From contig MHLP01000007.1 of the NCBI GenBank assembly GCA_001821435.1, positions 1,620 through 65,619 on the forward strand: a DNA stretch of 64,000 bases. Reading direction: 5' to 3'. This document shows, piece after piece, positions 30,634 to 40,387 of this stretch. The translations under genes and the position numbers were made by a program. The notes beneath the pieces were generated by a model that had not been told where the DNA came from, made no database searches, and saw nothing but the letters and a program-made list of their open reading frames with translations. How positions within the stretch are numbered: position 1 is the first letter of the stretch; every line of letters begins with the position of its first letter. This DNA comes from Candidatus Lloydbacteria bacterium RIFCSPLOWO2_01_FULL_50_20. Lineage in GTDB: Bacteria; Patescibacteriota; Minisyncoccia; Phycocordibacterales; UBA6899.

Positions 30634-31815
30634 TTAAGGCATGAGCTGTTTGACCAAATGGGCAAAAGATTCTTTGATTCGTCCGAAGATATGATCGCCG
30701 CCGACAAGCGCGCTGCGGTCGTTCGTCACCCCCCATATCGCAAGTCCGTACGCGACGAACCATGAGGTGTCTTTGATCTGTTTTTTATTTTTTGCATTTG
30801 CGTTGAAATCCAAATTAATGAACGGAACTTTCGAAGGAAGGCGCATTATGCCACGCGCAAAATCTTCGAGTGTTTCGATGCCGGATCCTCCGCCGGTCAA
30901 AATGATCCCCGCAGGCAGTAGCTCGTGTTTTCCGATCTTCTTCAGATGCGCGATGACCAGACTGAACATATCTTCGAGACGGGAGACGATGATGTCGTTC
31001 AGTTTCTTTTTTGGAAATTGCTGTCCGCCGCGTCCGAGTTTGACGAGTTCCGCTTCTTCGAGGGGGATCTTGAGGCCGAGTGCAATGTCGTTCGTGATAT
31101 CGGTCGAACCGATCGGAAAGACTTCCAGTGAGATCGGGATCCCTTCTTCATAGACGACGATGGAAAGCGTTTCCGCTCCGATATTCGCGAGCACACAGCC
31201 CGCCATCTTTTGCGCTTTCGTGAGTGCGACGAATGAAGCTGCGATAGGGGAGGCGCATGCATCGACGGGTTCGACGCCGGCTTCTTCGACGGCGCGGATC
31301 ATGTCATTCAAGTGCTGATCAAGGCACGAAACGATGAGGCATTTCGTTTCCAGCTTGAGTCCGCGCATGCCTTCGGGTCGCCCGTATACTTTTTTTCCGT
31401 CGATCGTATATTCGATCGGAATGGTATGCAGTATTTTTTTATTGGCGGGATTCGGGAGATTTTGTTCAGAAGTACGGAGGGCGCGATCGACATCATTCCC
31501 GCCGATCTCGGAATCAGCACGGGAGATGATCGCTGCCCCGGTCGTTCCTGCTCCCTCAAGACCAACGCCGCCCACCGAGAGATACGCCTCGCGAATATGC
31601 ACTCCCGCAATTTTTTCCGCTTCGTCTACCGCCGCTCGGACGCCCTTCACCGCATCGGCGATGTTGATGATATAGCCGTGTCTTAGTCCGCGCGATTCGG
31701 CTTTCCCCATGCCGATGATGCGCGGAAGCCCTGCGCCCGGCGTGTATTCCGTGATCACCACACGAACAGTGTGCGTGCCGATATCGATCCCGGTTATGAT
31801 GCGCTTGTTTGCCAT
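30634..31815 (-). CDS. ftsA: Cell division protein FtsA
   Basis: GIDIGT, ITNDIA, LTGGGS; upstream of ftsZ. Confidence 0.96.
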   Translation of the reverse strand: MANKRIITGIDIGTHTVRVVITEYTPGAGLPRIIGMGKAESRGLRHGYIINIADAVKGVRAAVDEAEKIAGVHIREAYLSVGGVGLEGAGTTGAAIISRADSEIGGNDVDRALRTSEQNLPNPANKKILHTIPIEYTIDGKKVYGRPEGMRGLKLETKCLIVSCLDQHLNDMIRAVEEAGVEPVDACASPIAASFVALTKAQKMAGCVLANIGAETLSIVVYEEGIPISLEVFPIGSTDITNDIALGLKIPLEEAELVKLGRGGQQFPKKKLNDIIVSRLEDMFSLVIAHLKKIGKHELLPAGIILTGGGSGIETLEDFARGIMRLPSKVPFINLDFNANAKNKKQIKDTSWFVAYGLAIWGVTNDRSALVGGDHIFGRIKESFAHLVKQLMP

Positions 31816-31860
31816 AAAGGGGAACGCATGCTCCGTTCCACTCATGCAACAGATCTGCCG

Positions 31861-32277
31861 TTATGGCCGGGAGCTATTTTTGATGTGAAACTTCGCGAGC
31901 AATTGTTGTTCCTGTCTCTCCATTGTACCGCCATGACGGTATCCTTTCAAATGCAAAAGCGAGTGGATAAAGAGGAGTGCGGTAAAAAAACGGAAAGATT
32001 CATTCCGCGACCGGCATTCCCGTTTTGCCTGCCGGAGATTGAGCACGATCTCCCCGCTCTGTTTCTCGAGCGGAAACGAGAGGACATTAGGAACATAGGA
32101 CTTTTTGCGATAGGTCCGGTTGAGTTTTTGGGAATAGGCATCCCCGGCAATGACCAGGGAGAGGACGTACTTCTTTCCGAGCACTCGCCCTTTCATGCGC
32201 AAAAAAGGAAGGACGGGCATCCTCCCCTTTGTGAGTCGTGTGATCGCGAATCCTGATGTCTTATCGGCGACGGCCAT
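31861..32277 (-). CDS. ybeY: rRNA maturation RNase YbeY
   Basis: LNRTYR, NVLSF, HSLLHLKGYRH. Confidence 0.92.
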   Translation of the reverse strand: MAVADKTSGFAITRLTKGRMPVLPFLRMKGRVLGKKYVLSLVIAGDAYSQKLNRTYRKKSYVPNVLSFPLEKQSGEIVLNLRQAKRECRSRNESFRFFTALLFIHSLLHLKGYRHGGTMERQEQQLLAKFHIKNSSRP

Positions 32278-32518
32278 TGCTTCCGGGAACTTTTTCCACG
32301 ATCTTCCCCAGTTTCTTCAGCCGTTCATAGGCCTTGCGTTTGTCTATGGAGACCAGAGCGCGGCGCTTTGTTTTGAGTTTGGACAGTTTTCGGCTGAAAT
32401 ACCGCTCTTCTCTGACTTTCATGAGTGCCTTTGTTCCCTGAACGCGCTTCGTAAAACGGCGGATAAGCGCCGCTCCGGATTCATTCCCCTGTTTTTTCAC
32501 TTCGGCGATGATTTTCAT
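32261..32518 (-). CDS. rpsU: 30S ribosomal protein bS21
   Basis: ES..ALIRRFTKRV; basic; own TTGCAA-17-TAGATT promoter. Confidence 0.75.
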   Translation of the reverse strand: MKIIAEVKKQGNESGAALIRRFTKRVQGTKALMKVREERYFSRKLSKLKTKRRALVSIDKRKAYERLKKLGKIVEKVPGSNGRRR

Positions 32519-32569
32519 GATGTGCGTCCAAATCTAGCACAGGGTATTCTCGATTGCAACCAAGAATAT

Positions 32570-32592
32570 AAAAAACGGCCACTGTGGCCGTT
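32570..32592 (-). terminator. Intrinsic terminator of the 312-nt RNA
   Basis: AACGGCCAC-A-GTGGCCGTT followed by T-run on the minus strand. Confidence 0.8.
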
Positions 32593-32605
32593 ATCATCGT
32601 CTTTT

Positions 32606-32917
32606 GGTCGGTTCCCGGCGACGAGCGTTTTGAGGGCATCACTTTCGCGCCGCCACACACCACGCCGCCGGGATTCCCGCGCACCCTGCATCGAATTAAG
32701 TAGCCCCTGCAGGGGAGAGCCATTTCGAGCAACTCCAGTGGCGGCTGTGACTATACGCGGCGGCGATTTCCGGAAAACACCGCCATTTGCCGCAATTGCG
32801 GAGTGCTCGGGTTTGCACGTGGCCACGCTGGTCCCGCCTACGCGGGGAGTATTGCGAGGCCAACGGCGCAACGGGCATCTTTACAATCGAAACGGTCTAG
32901 CCCGGTTCAACCGATCC
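32606..32917 (-). ncRNA. Stand-alone 312-nt structured RNA (6S-like closing stem and bubble, extended)
   Basis: TTGACA-16-TACACT promoter, complementary ends, terminator, no credible ORF. Confidence 0.7.
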
Positions 32918-32923
32918 TTTGAA

Positions 32924-32951
32924 AGTGTAGTAGATTCACAAAAATTGTCAA
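32924..32951 (-). promoter_or_regulatory. Sigma70 promoter
   Basis: TTGACA (32951-32946), TACACT (32929-32924). Confidence 0.75.
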
Positions 32952-33367
32952 GCTTCATAAAATGGCTAAAATTAAGGAGAAAAACTTATACAAAAAATAC
33001 ATAAGGCAGTCTTGTGGACTATCATAGGACTCTCTTGTGTATTTTAGGCGGGCATACAACCGCGTGCTCTGCACGGGCCTGGAACCGCAGTTTACGCCTA
33101 CGGCTTTGCGTGGCGCAAACTCAGCAACGTCTTCGTTGCTGCCACAGCTAACCTTCGAGCTCTAGAACTACGATCAAACCGCGGACTCCTGTCCGCGGTG
33201 ATTGACTTTTCACTCGCATTTTCCTCTCAAGCGAAGGTTTTCCTCTTTTGAAAAACATTGCGGAGGCCAACGGGCCGAGCATAGGAATTCGCCAGCCCTT
33301 CGGCAGTGAGCTCAGGGCCGAACTGCAGGCGAATATCCGCGTTTTTCAAAAGAAAAAAACCAGAGCG

Positions 33368-34759
33368 CTATTTTATGTTCTTTATATAGTCCGCGAGTTT
33401 TGCCACTTTCACCGTGTCCTGCGAGCGGGTGAGCATGTTGCGGACGATGACCGTTCCGTCGAGCGCTTCTTTTTGTCCAAAAATGATCGCATAGGGGATC
33501 TCGAGTTTCTCGGCGGTTCCCAACTGCCCCGAAAGCGAGTCTCTATTCAATGAGTGCGCGACCGGAATACGCGCGCTTCTTAATACCTCGATGATCTCGA
33601 GCGACTTCAGCTTCGCTTCAAAACCCAGCTGAATAAAATAGATCTTCGGTTTTTTGACGATGCGCGGCGTGACCGCCTTGTAGTTTTGCGACATGAGCAC
33701 GCGGTCCACTCCGATCGATGCGCCAACGGCGGGCACATCCTTCTTGCTTCCGAGACGTTTGGCAAGATAGTCATAGCGTCCTCCGCCAGCCAGCGCAAGC
33801 GGTGCGTTTGCCGCCGCTTCCCGCTCGTCTTTTGCGGTTCTCTTTCCCTTTTCTTCGACGGTCTCTTCAAGCTGCGTCGTATTTTCAGCGGGAGCATCCG
33901 GGATCTTGGCGTCGGGCACCTCGACGATCTCAAAAACGGTATGCGTATAATAATCGAGCCCGCGGACAAGATAGGGGTTAATGCGGTAATTCAGCTTGAG
34001 TGCGTCGAGGTATTCCAGTACTTCTTTGAAATGTGCTTTCGATGCGAGAGAAAGATGGGCGATCGATTGCGGAGCTTTTTCCTTATACGGCTGACATTCC
34101 GGATTCTTGCAATCAAGGAGGCGAAGCGGATTGGTTTTGATGCGCTCTCTGCAGTTCGCACAGAGATGGTTGATGTGTTTGCGGTAGTATTGGGTCAGTT
34201 CGCGGAGGTATGGCACGCGCGAATCTTTGTCGCCGATGGAATTCACGTCGATCACGATATTTTTGAGTCCAACGTCGGAGAGTATCATCGCCGTAAGGTA
34301 GATCACCATGGCGTCCGAGACCGATTTCGGCGAACCGATCATTTCGATGCCGAATTGTCTGAACTCGCGATAGCGCCCGCGCTGCGGATTATCATGCCTG
34401 AAGAACGATCCGTAATAATAGAGTTTGATCGGCTGCGGCTGTGACTGCATGCCGTGCTCAAGATACGCGCGCATGGCGGGGGCGGTTCCTTCCGGACGGA
34501 GCGCGAGTTTGTCGCCGCCTTTGGTCTTCAGCGTATACATTTCTTTTCCGACAAGATCGGTATCTTCGCTATTCGTCGAAAGAAAGACATCTTCGCGCTC
34601 AAGCATGGGAAGCTCTATCGGCTGAAAACCGTAATAGAGTGCGACTTCAGAGGCTTTTTCAAAAAATCCCTGATATTTGTGATGCTCATTTCCCACAATA
34701 TCCCGCATGCCCTTTGGCGCTGTCGGAACATCTTTACGCGCTGCCCCCTTTTTTGCCAT
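33368..34759 (-). CDS. hisS: Histidine--tRNA ligase
   Basis: PKGMRD, LRPEGT, GRYREFRQ, VRGLDYY, GGGRYD. Confidence 0.97.
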   Translation of the reverse strand: MAKKGAARKDVPTAPKGMRDIVGNEHHKYQGFFEKASEVALYYGFQPIELPMLEREDVFLSTNSEDTDLVGKEMYTLKTKGGDKLALRPEGTAPAMRAYLEHGMQSQPQPIKLYYYGSFFRHDNPQRGRYREFRQFGIEMIGSPKSVSDAMVIYLTAMILSDVGLKNIVIDVNSIGDKDSRVPYLRELTQYYRKHINHLCANCRERIKTNPLRLLDCKNPECQPYKEKAPQSIAHLSLASKAHFKEVLEYLDALKLNYRINPYLVRGLDYYTHTVFEIVEVPDAKIPDAPAENTTQLEETVEEKGKRTAKDEREAAANAPLALAGGGRYDYLAKRLGSKKDVPAVGASIGVDRVLMSQNYKAVTPRIVKKPKIYFIQLGFEAKLKSLEIIEVLRSARIPVAHSLNRDSLSGQLGTAEKLEIPYAIIFGQKEALDGTVIVRNMLTRSQDTVKVAKLADYIKNIK

Positions 34760-34794
34760 AGAAATTTTTTTTTGCGCCCGATTACCATTGATAA

Positions 34795-35454
34795 TTATTC
34801 TCCGCGAGCGCTCGCTTCCGCAGGCTCTCCGGTGTCGAGATCGAATTCCGAGAGTGCGCCCGGATACAGGCCGACTTTGCTGATCGGGAACAGGCGCAAC
34901 AACGCTTTGCCATCCATCATATTTTTTGGCACCGGACCCCAGACACGGGAATCCGAGCTCTGGGCGCGGTTATCGCCCATGACAAAATATTGTCCGTCCT
35001 CAAGCGTTCGGGATAAATTTTCCTGCTTGGGACTTTTCACATAAGGCTCGGAAAGCGTAAGCGGAGCGGTATGCCCGGGGCCGGTGATCGTCACTACGCC
35101 GTCGACGATCGTTAAGGTTTCTCCCGGAAGTCCTATCACGCGCTTAATGAAATATTTCGAAGTGTCGAGAGGGTAACGCAGGATCACCACGTCGCCGCGC
35201 TGATAATTGTCCTGATATTTCGCGAGTTCGTTCACGATAAGATACTCGCCGTTGTGAAAAGTGGGATACATGGAATTTCCCGAAACAACGAAAGGCTGCG
35301 CGATGAAGGTCCGGATGGGGATGATGATGAGTGCGGCGATCAGCGCATAGCGGAGGGTTTCCCAGACCACGCTCCATATACTGCCCCCACTCATTTCTCC
35401 CCCCTGCCCTGAGCCTGTCGAAGGGTTCTTTTCTGGCTGATTTTCAGTCTCCAT
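34795..35454 (-). CDS. lepB: Signal peptidase I
   Basis: SGNSMYPT, FIKRVIGLPG, MGDNR..SSDSR. Confidence 0.96.
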   Translation of the reverse strand: METENQPEKNPSTGSGQGGEMSGGSIWSVVWETLRYALIAALIIIPIRTFIAQPFVVSGNSMYPTFHNGEYLIVNELAKYQDNYQRGDVVILRYPLDTSKYFIKRVIGLPGETLTIVDGVVTITGPGHTAPLTLSEPYVKSPKQENLSRTLEDGQYFVMGDNRAQSSDSRVWGPVPKNMMDGKALLRLFPISKVGLYPGALSEFDLDTGEPAEASARGE

Positions 35455-35575
35455 CCCGTTAGAGGTTATTCGTGTTAATAAGGATTGTCATGCAAGTTTT
35501 CGCCATAGTGAGAATATCATACCTGCGCATCACCTTCCGTCCGGAAGTGCATGGCACTTCCTACCTCTAATGGGA
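35454..35575. mobile_element. 122-bp TIR element at the lepB start codon
   Basis: TIR TCCCGTTAGAGGT / ACCTCTAATGGGA (12 of 13 match), flanked by TCCA direct repeats. Confidence 0.7.
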
Positions 35576-35651
35576 TCCAGTTGCGCCCATCATACGTGAA
35601 AAAATCCCTTGACGCAAGCGGTATTTTATGAGGATACGAGATGAAAATTTT

Positions 35652-37040
35652 TTAAAATCCGTAAGTGGACGGCGCGAGGAGAATAAAATTCACCAGTATG
35701 AGCAGTCCGACGAACGCCGCGAGCGTAAGCGCAAGCATCCTGTCGCCGGAAACCCGTGCGATGCAGTTCACGATGCGCGGCGCGATGCGAGGGAAGAGCA
35801 GAAAGAGAAAGATAAGTGAAGTGAAATAATGATAGAGGAACATCGGACGATGAATGAGAAAAAAGGGAAGATAATTCATGAGGTAGCCGAGAAGAAGAAT
35901 GGATTCGTTGCGGTCGATCGGAAAACGACGGTCGCGAAAGTAATGGGCGGCGATCCAGATGAGTTCAAAGATGAGCGCAAAGAATGTCACGATCCACAGA
36001 AGGGAGTTTCCGGTGAGGATGATGAACTTGTTCCCTTCGGAATTCTTCCAGACCGCGATCACACTCCGTGCGGGCGGCCACGCAAGAGGGCCGGGCGCGC
36101 TGGTGATCCCTTTGGTGATCTCGGGGTCGCGGTTTGTCTCAAGCATGACGCGATGATGGGCGAAGAAAAATGACGCGATCGATCCCGGGCGGTGTTCCCC
36201 TGGAAACTCGAGCTCAGTGACGATGGGAACGTCGTAAGTTTTAAGTACAGGGTCCGTTTTTCCGCCCCCAGGGAAAGAAAAAAGAAAAACAGTGAATATG
36301 GCGGTATAAACAATGGCAACAATTATCCCGGAGATAAAGATCTCGCGGTACATTTTTGCAAGAAGATAAGCGATGAAGACGACGCCGACAACACCGAGCG
36401 CCGTCCATTTGATCGAAACGGCAAGTCCGAGTGCGAGCGCGGCGGTGATAACTAGCGCGTATCTTTTCCACCCGGCAGTTTTTTTTGTCGCGGCAAAAGC
36501 GGCCAGGAATCCGGAGAATACACAGACGAGAAGGATCGTGTCGGGAAGCATCGTGCGGGAATAGAAGACCAGTGCATTATCGAATACGACAAAAAGCGCG
36601 GGAATCATTGCTATGCGCGGAATGTAGCCTAGGGTTCGCGCGAGAGCGTACACGAGCGGCACGAGCAGTATGCCGAAGAGTGCTACGAAGAAACGGAGTG
36701 CGACATACGGAAAATCCTGAAAGGACTGATTGATCGCTATCGGGATCGTCGAAACCTCGAAAGGGAAAAAACTTGCGACCTCGGCAAAGAGCATGCGTGC
36801 GAGCGGAGGGTGAATATCGAAGAAAGGCGCACCCGCAATGATGTTGATGGCAAAATTCGCATGGAGCACTTCATCGAAAAGTGTCTGGTTTGGATGACTC
36901 AAAAAAGGAACACGAAGAAGTACCGCAAGCATAATGATAAAAAGAACGATACCGGTGTCCTTTACCGTGTGCGCCAGGAACCACGCACGGACCGTATTTG
37001 CGAACCGAATGACCGGCTCAAATGTACTCCGGAGGTGCAT
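35652..37040 (-). CDS. Protein O-mannosyltransferase (PMT/GT39-like)
   Basis: FDE, FFDIHPPL, SIKWT, GN.LLW, NYLPF, R.MFLYHY. Confidence 0.88.
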   Translation of the reverse strand: MHLRSTFEPVIRFANTVRAWFLAHTVKDTGIVLFIIMLAVLLRVPFLSHPNQTLFDEVLHANFAINIIAGAPFFDIHPPLARMLFAEVASFFPFEVSTIPIAINQSFQDFPYVALRFFVALFGILLVPLVYALARTLGYIPRIAMIPALFVVFDNALVFYSRTMLPDTILLVCVFSGFLAAFAATKKTAGWKRYALVITAALALGLAVSIKWTALGVVGVVFIAYLLAKMYREIFISGIIVAIVYTAIFTVFLFSFPGGGKTDPVLKTYDVPIVTELEFPGEHRPGSIASFFFAHHRVMLETNRDPEITKGITSAPGPLAWPPARSVIAVWKNSEGNKFIILTGNSLLWIVTFFALIFELIWIAAHYFRDRRFPIDRNESILLLGYLMNYLPFFLIHRPMFLYHYFTSLIFLFLLFPRIAPRIVNCIARVSGDRMLALTLAAFVGLLILVNFILLAPSTYGF

Positions 37041-37473
37041 TGTTTTCTTTCCGGTAAGATTCGTGAAAAAGAAAAAATTTAAAGATCACGAATGTCACCG
37101 TTGAAAGGAGGAAGATCGTTGTCGCGATGACCAGAAGATAATATTGGAGCCCGACCGCCTCGGTGACGTATTTGACGATCACGGCTTGGAAGAGCGTGAG
37201 GATGACACTATAGGCGATGAAGCCGATCAGGCGTGAAAAATGACGCGAAGTGGTTTTGAATGTGACCAGCGTATGCAGGGTGAAATTATAGAGGAGATTG
37301 AACGTTGCGCCGATAAGATATGCCTTGAAATATCCCGGAAGTCCGAATACGAACGTCGTAAAAAACCACGTAAGAGATAGATTGATCGCGACACCCGAAA
37401 CGCCAGTCATGAAAAAATGAAAATATTTATGCCGGAACAATATTGATTGCGCAAGCGCGATAAGTTTTTTCAT
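37018..37473 (-). CDS. GtrA-family lipid-sugar flippase
   Basis: 4 TM helices, FFMTG.SG.AIN, YNF.LH..VTF. Confidence 0.85.
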   Translation of the reverse strand: MKKLIALAQSILFRHKYFHFFMTGVSGVAINLSLTWFFTTFVFGLPGYFKAYLIGATFNLLYNFTLHTLVTFKTTSRHFSRLIGFIAYSVILTLFQAVIVKYVTEAVGLQYYLLVIATTIFLLSTVTFVIFKFFLFHESYRKENNAPPEYI

Positions 37474-37712
37474 AGATTATTTTTTTGTCCGCCATTTTCC
37501 CGTGCTATACTGGATATCATCCTGACGGAAAGGACGCTCGAACGGATTCTATGATAACAGAAAACTCTATTGGTGTCAGGGTATTATGGTGAGTCTCATG
37601 AGCAGTCGCGGACACGTGAAGAATAACTATTTATAAATGCAACAGTTGAATATTATGAACGATAATCGAGCAGGATGCAGGGTGTTTTTGCCTGCGTCCT
37701 ATTTTTAGCTGA

Positions 37713-38450
37713 ATGAAATTTACACTGGTCATCCCTGCGTTCAACGAAGTTTCGGTGATCGTCCCCACGCTCACCGGCCTTTGCGACGGTTTTCGTTTTT
37801 TTTATGATATCGATTGGACGATTCTCGTTGTCGACAACGGTTCTACTGATGGGACGAGGGAAGCCGTTCTTGACTTCGGAAATAAGAACGTCAAATTGCT
37901 CCGCGTCGAGGAGAAAGGAAAGGGGAATGCCATAAGGAGAGCATTCGCAAAAACAGACGCTGATATCTTCGGATTCACCGACGCCGATTTTCCCATCGCG
38001 CCGGTGGATATCATTTCGGCCGCTCAACTCATCATGAACAATGCAGCTGATGTGGTCGTCGGCTCACGTCTTCTTCCTCAGAGCAAAAGTATCGGGAGAG
38101 AATGGTGGCGCACATGGAGTTCGCATGTGTTCAACTTGCTGGCGCGGGCGATCGTCGGTGTGGCCGTCAGCGATACGCAGTGTCCGCTCAAGTTGATGAA
38201 CGCAAAGGGGCTTACGGTCATGCTTGCGACGAGAGAGCCCACTTGGTTTTTTGATGTCGAATTTTTTGCGCTTTTGAGTGGTGTGGGACTGTCGGTCCTT
38301 GAAATTCCCGTTACATGGAACGAGCACCGCTATCCGAAAAGAAAAAGCAAACTGAAACTTGCCGACAGTTTTCGCGCCGTACGGGCGATGTTCCGCATCC
38401 GCTCAATGATCCCGGCTCAGCTTTCACTGCTCCAGTCTATAAAAAGATAA
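37713..38450 (+). CDS. GT2 polyprenyl-phosphate hexose synthase (DPM1/DPG-like)
   Basis: VIPAFNE, VDNGSTDGT, GKG, DAD, GSR, DTQC. Confidence 0.9.
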   Translation: MKFTLVIPAFNEVSVIVPTLTGLCDGFRFFYDIDWTILVVDNGSTDGTREAVLDFGNKNVKLLRVEEKGKGNAIRRAFAKTDADIFGFTDADFPIAPVDIISAAQLIMNNAADVVVGSRLLPQSKSIGREWWRTWSSHVFNLLARAIVGVAVSDTQCPLKLMNAKGLTVMLATREPTWFFDVEFFALLSGVGLSVLEIPVTWNEHRYPKRKSKLKLADSFRAVRAMFRIRSMIPAQLSLLQSIKR

Positions 38451-38476
38451 TTTACTGCGTTATACTAGGGGGATGA

Positions 38477-38875
38477 CCCCGTAGTGAGCTCTCAGTTTGA
38501 TTATGTTCTCTACTTATCTTCTGCAAAGTACGAAAAATGATAAATTGTATATCGGATACACCACTGACCTCAAGACAAAGACTGCAAGAACATAATCACG
38601 GATTGAATTTTTCGACCAAACCGTACCGACCATGGAAAGTTATCTATGACGAGGCATGTTGTAACCAAGAGGACGCGAAACGAAGAGAAGTGTATCTCAA
38701 AACTACGCAGGGCAGGGGAATGATCAAGCGAAGGTTAAGTAAATATCTTTATGAAAATAGGTCGAAAAATTAATCAAACTGAAGATCTACTACGGCTAGC
38801 GAGGAGCGTGTGTAAAATTCTTATTTTACACGACGTCCGAGCGACGACGTGGAGAAGTCTTAACTTACTACGGGG
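38477..38875 (+). mobile_element. 399-bp TIR element carrying a GIY-YIG gene, inserted at the pth start
   Basis: TIR CCCCGTAGTGAG / CTTACTACGGGG, flanked by ATGA direct repeats (38473-38476, 38876-38879). Confidence 0.75.
38503..38773 (+). pseudogene. GIY-YIG endonuclease with a frameshift near 38571
   Basis: MFSTYLLQS...LYIGYTTDL then, in another frame, RLQEHNHG..STKPYRPW...AKRREVYLK. Confidence 0.85.
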
Positions 38876-39466
38876 ATGAAATTTATTATCGTCGGTCTGG
38901 GAAATCCCGGAGGGGAATATGGCGGAACGCGCCACAATACGGGCCGCATCGTCCTTGAAGAATTTCGTGTAGCGCATGATCTCCCCGATTGGGAGATGAA
39001 AAAGCCGTACAATGCGCTGGTGTCGAAAGGCGATGTCACCGGCGGCGAAGTACTTCTCATCGAGCCGGAAACGATGATGAATAATTCCGGGAAGTCTCTC
39101 TCCTTGCTGGTGAAGAGCAAAAAACAAGCCGAACAGCTTGTCGTCATCTATGACGATCTCGATCTCCCGCTTGGTAAGTGGAAATTTTCGTTCGATCGCG
39201 GATCGGGCGGACATCGGGGAATCGAGTCGATCGCGCGTTCCATCAAGACGAAAGCGTTCGTTCGGGTTCGCGTCGGGATCTCCCCCACATCGCTCTTCGG
39301 CAAAATGAAAAAACCGAAAGGAGAAGATGCGGTGGTGAAATTCATTCTCGGAAAATTCACGAATAGTGAGCTTGTCGAACTACGGAAGATGAGCAAAGAA
39401 ATTTCCCAAGCGCTTGAAACGCTCGTAAGAGATGGTCTGGACAAAGCAATGGGCGAGTTTAATTGA
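38876..39466 (+). CDS. pth: Peptidyl-tRNA hydrolase
   Basis: VGLGNPG..Y..TRHN, MNNSG, DDLD, GGHRG. Confidence 0.96.
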   Translation: MKFIIVGLGNPGGEYGGTRHNTGRIVLEEFRVAHDLPDWEMKKPYNALVSKGDVTGGEVLLIEPETMMNNSGKSLSLLVKSKKQAEQLVVIYDDLDLPLGKWKFSFDRGSGGHRGIESIARSIKTKAFVRVRVGISPTSLFGKMKKPKGEDAVVKFILGKFTNSELVELRKMSKEISQALETLVRDGLDKAMGEFN

Positions 39467-39663
39467 GCCCAAGGTCCGGCCTTAAGGCAACTTCCCAAGT
39501 CCGGACCTTGGGCGGGCAATATAAAAATGGGCTCCCGTTGAGAGCTCGTTTGTTGACCTGCGCACCCAGCTTCGTCGTGACCCCTTTTTCCAGGCATCCG
39601 TCATCGGTTTTCGGAAAAGCAAAAGAAAAAACGCACAAGATTTCTGTGCGTTGTACGATTGTA

Positions 39664-40176
39664 TTAATAGATTTTATTCACCTGGGTCAATCGGAAAGTA
39701 AGTTCTTGTTTCGCGTCGAGGCATTCTCGATTGATCCATTTTTCGAGGGTATACCCATGAGGCGGCTTATAGAACGTCAAGAGTTTACCCGGCCCCTTGT
39801 TGATCGTGACCACATAATAGGGTTCTTGTTTTCCTGCGCGAACACTTTCGACAATACAATTGACTATCGCCACCCCGACACAGTCTTGCTTGATAAATCT
39901 GAACATTTTGCGGTATCTTTTGCCAAAAACCTTGCGGTATTCGACATTGACCTGCTCTAGAAAATGTCCTTGCTGAGAAAAAAAGAAGCATGCGGTCTCG
40001 GGATCAGCAAACAAATTATAGAATATCTCTTTACCTGGTACGAGATTCATAAGGTTATGATCGAGTCGCTGAACCTTCGCATCAGTGGGGTACCAATGTT
40101 CCGGAGCGAGATCTTTTAGTTTCTCAAGCCAGGGAAATTCCTCAATCAGCGCAGAAACGTGAAACACACTCATCAT
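39664..40176 (-). CDS. Hypothetical protein
   Basis: 170-aa ORF with AAGGAAAA RBS and TTGACA promoter. Confidence 0.65.
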   Translation of the reverse strand: MMSVFHVSALIEEFPWLEKLKDLAPEHWYPTDAKVQRLDHNLMNLVPGKEIFYNLFADPETACFFFSQQGHFLEQVNVEYRKVFGKRYRKMFRFIKQDCVGVAIVNCIVESVRAGKQEPYYVVTINKGPGKLLTFYKPPHGYTLEKWINRECLDAKQELTFRLTQVNKIY

Positions 40177-40387
40177 TTTCCTTTTGCGGCTTCCTGCCGC
40201 GTTAAGGGTTTAGAAAACTCTCCGATCCGATTCATCCCGAACCTTCTCAAAGAGTGGTTCCGCATCCCGCGGAATCCGCACTTAATGCAATCACAAAAGC
40301 TTTTTATGTCAAGAAAAAACCCTTGCGCTTTTTTGCTCTCTAAGATAGACAGAACAAAGAGGTACTTCCTATTCAGGAGAAGGCGTG

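Noticed and set aside
33800-33920. Intein or novel domain in the HisS insertion (also the TsaD insertions)
   Set aside because: Short low-complexity loops without splicing motifs
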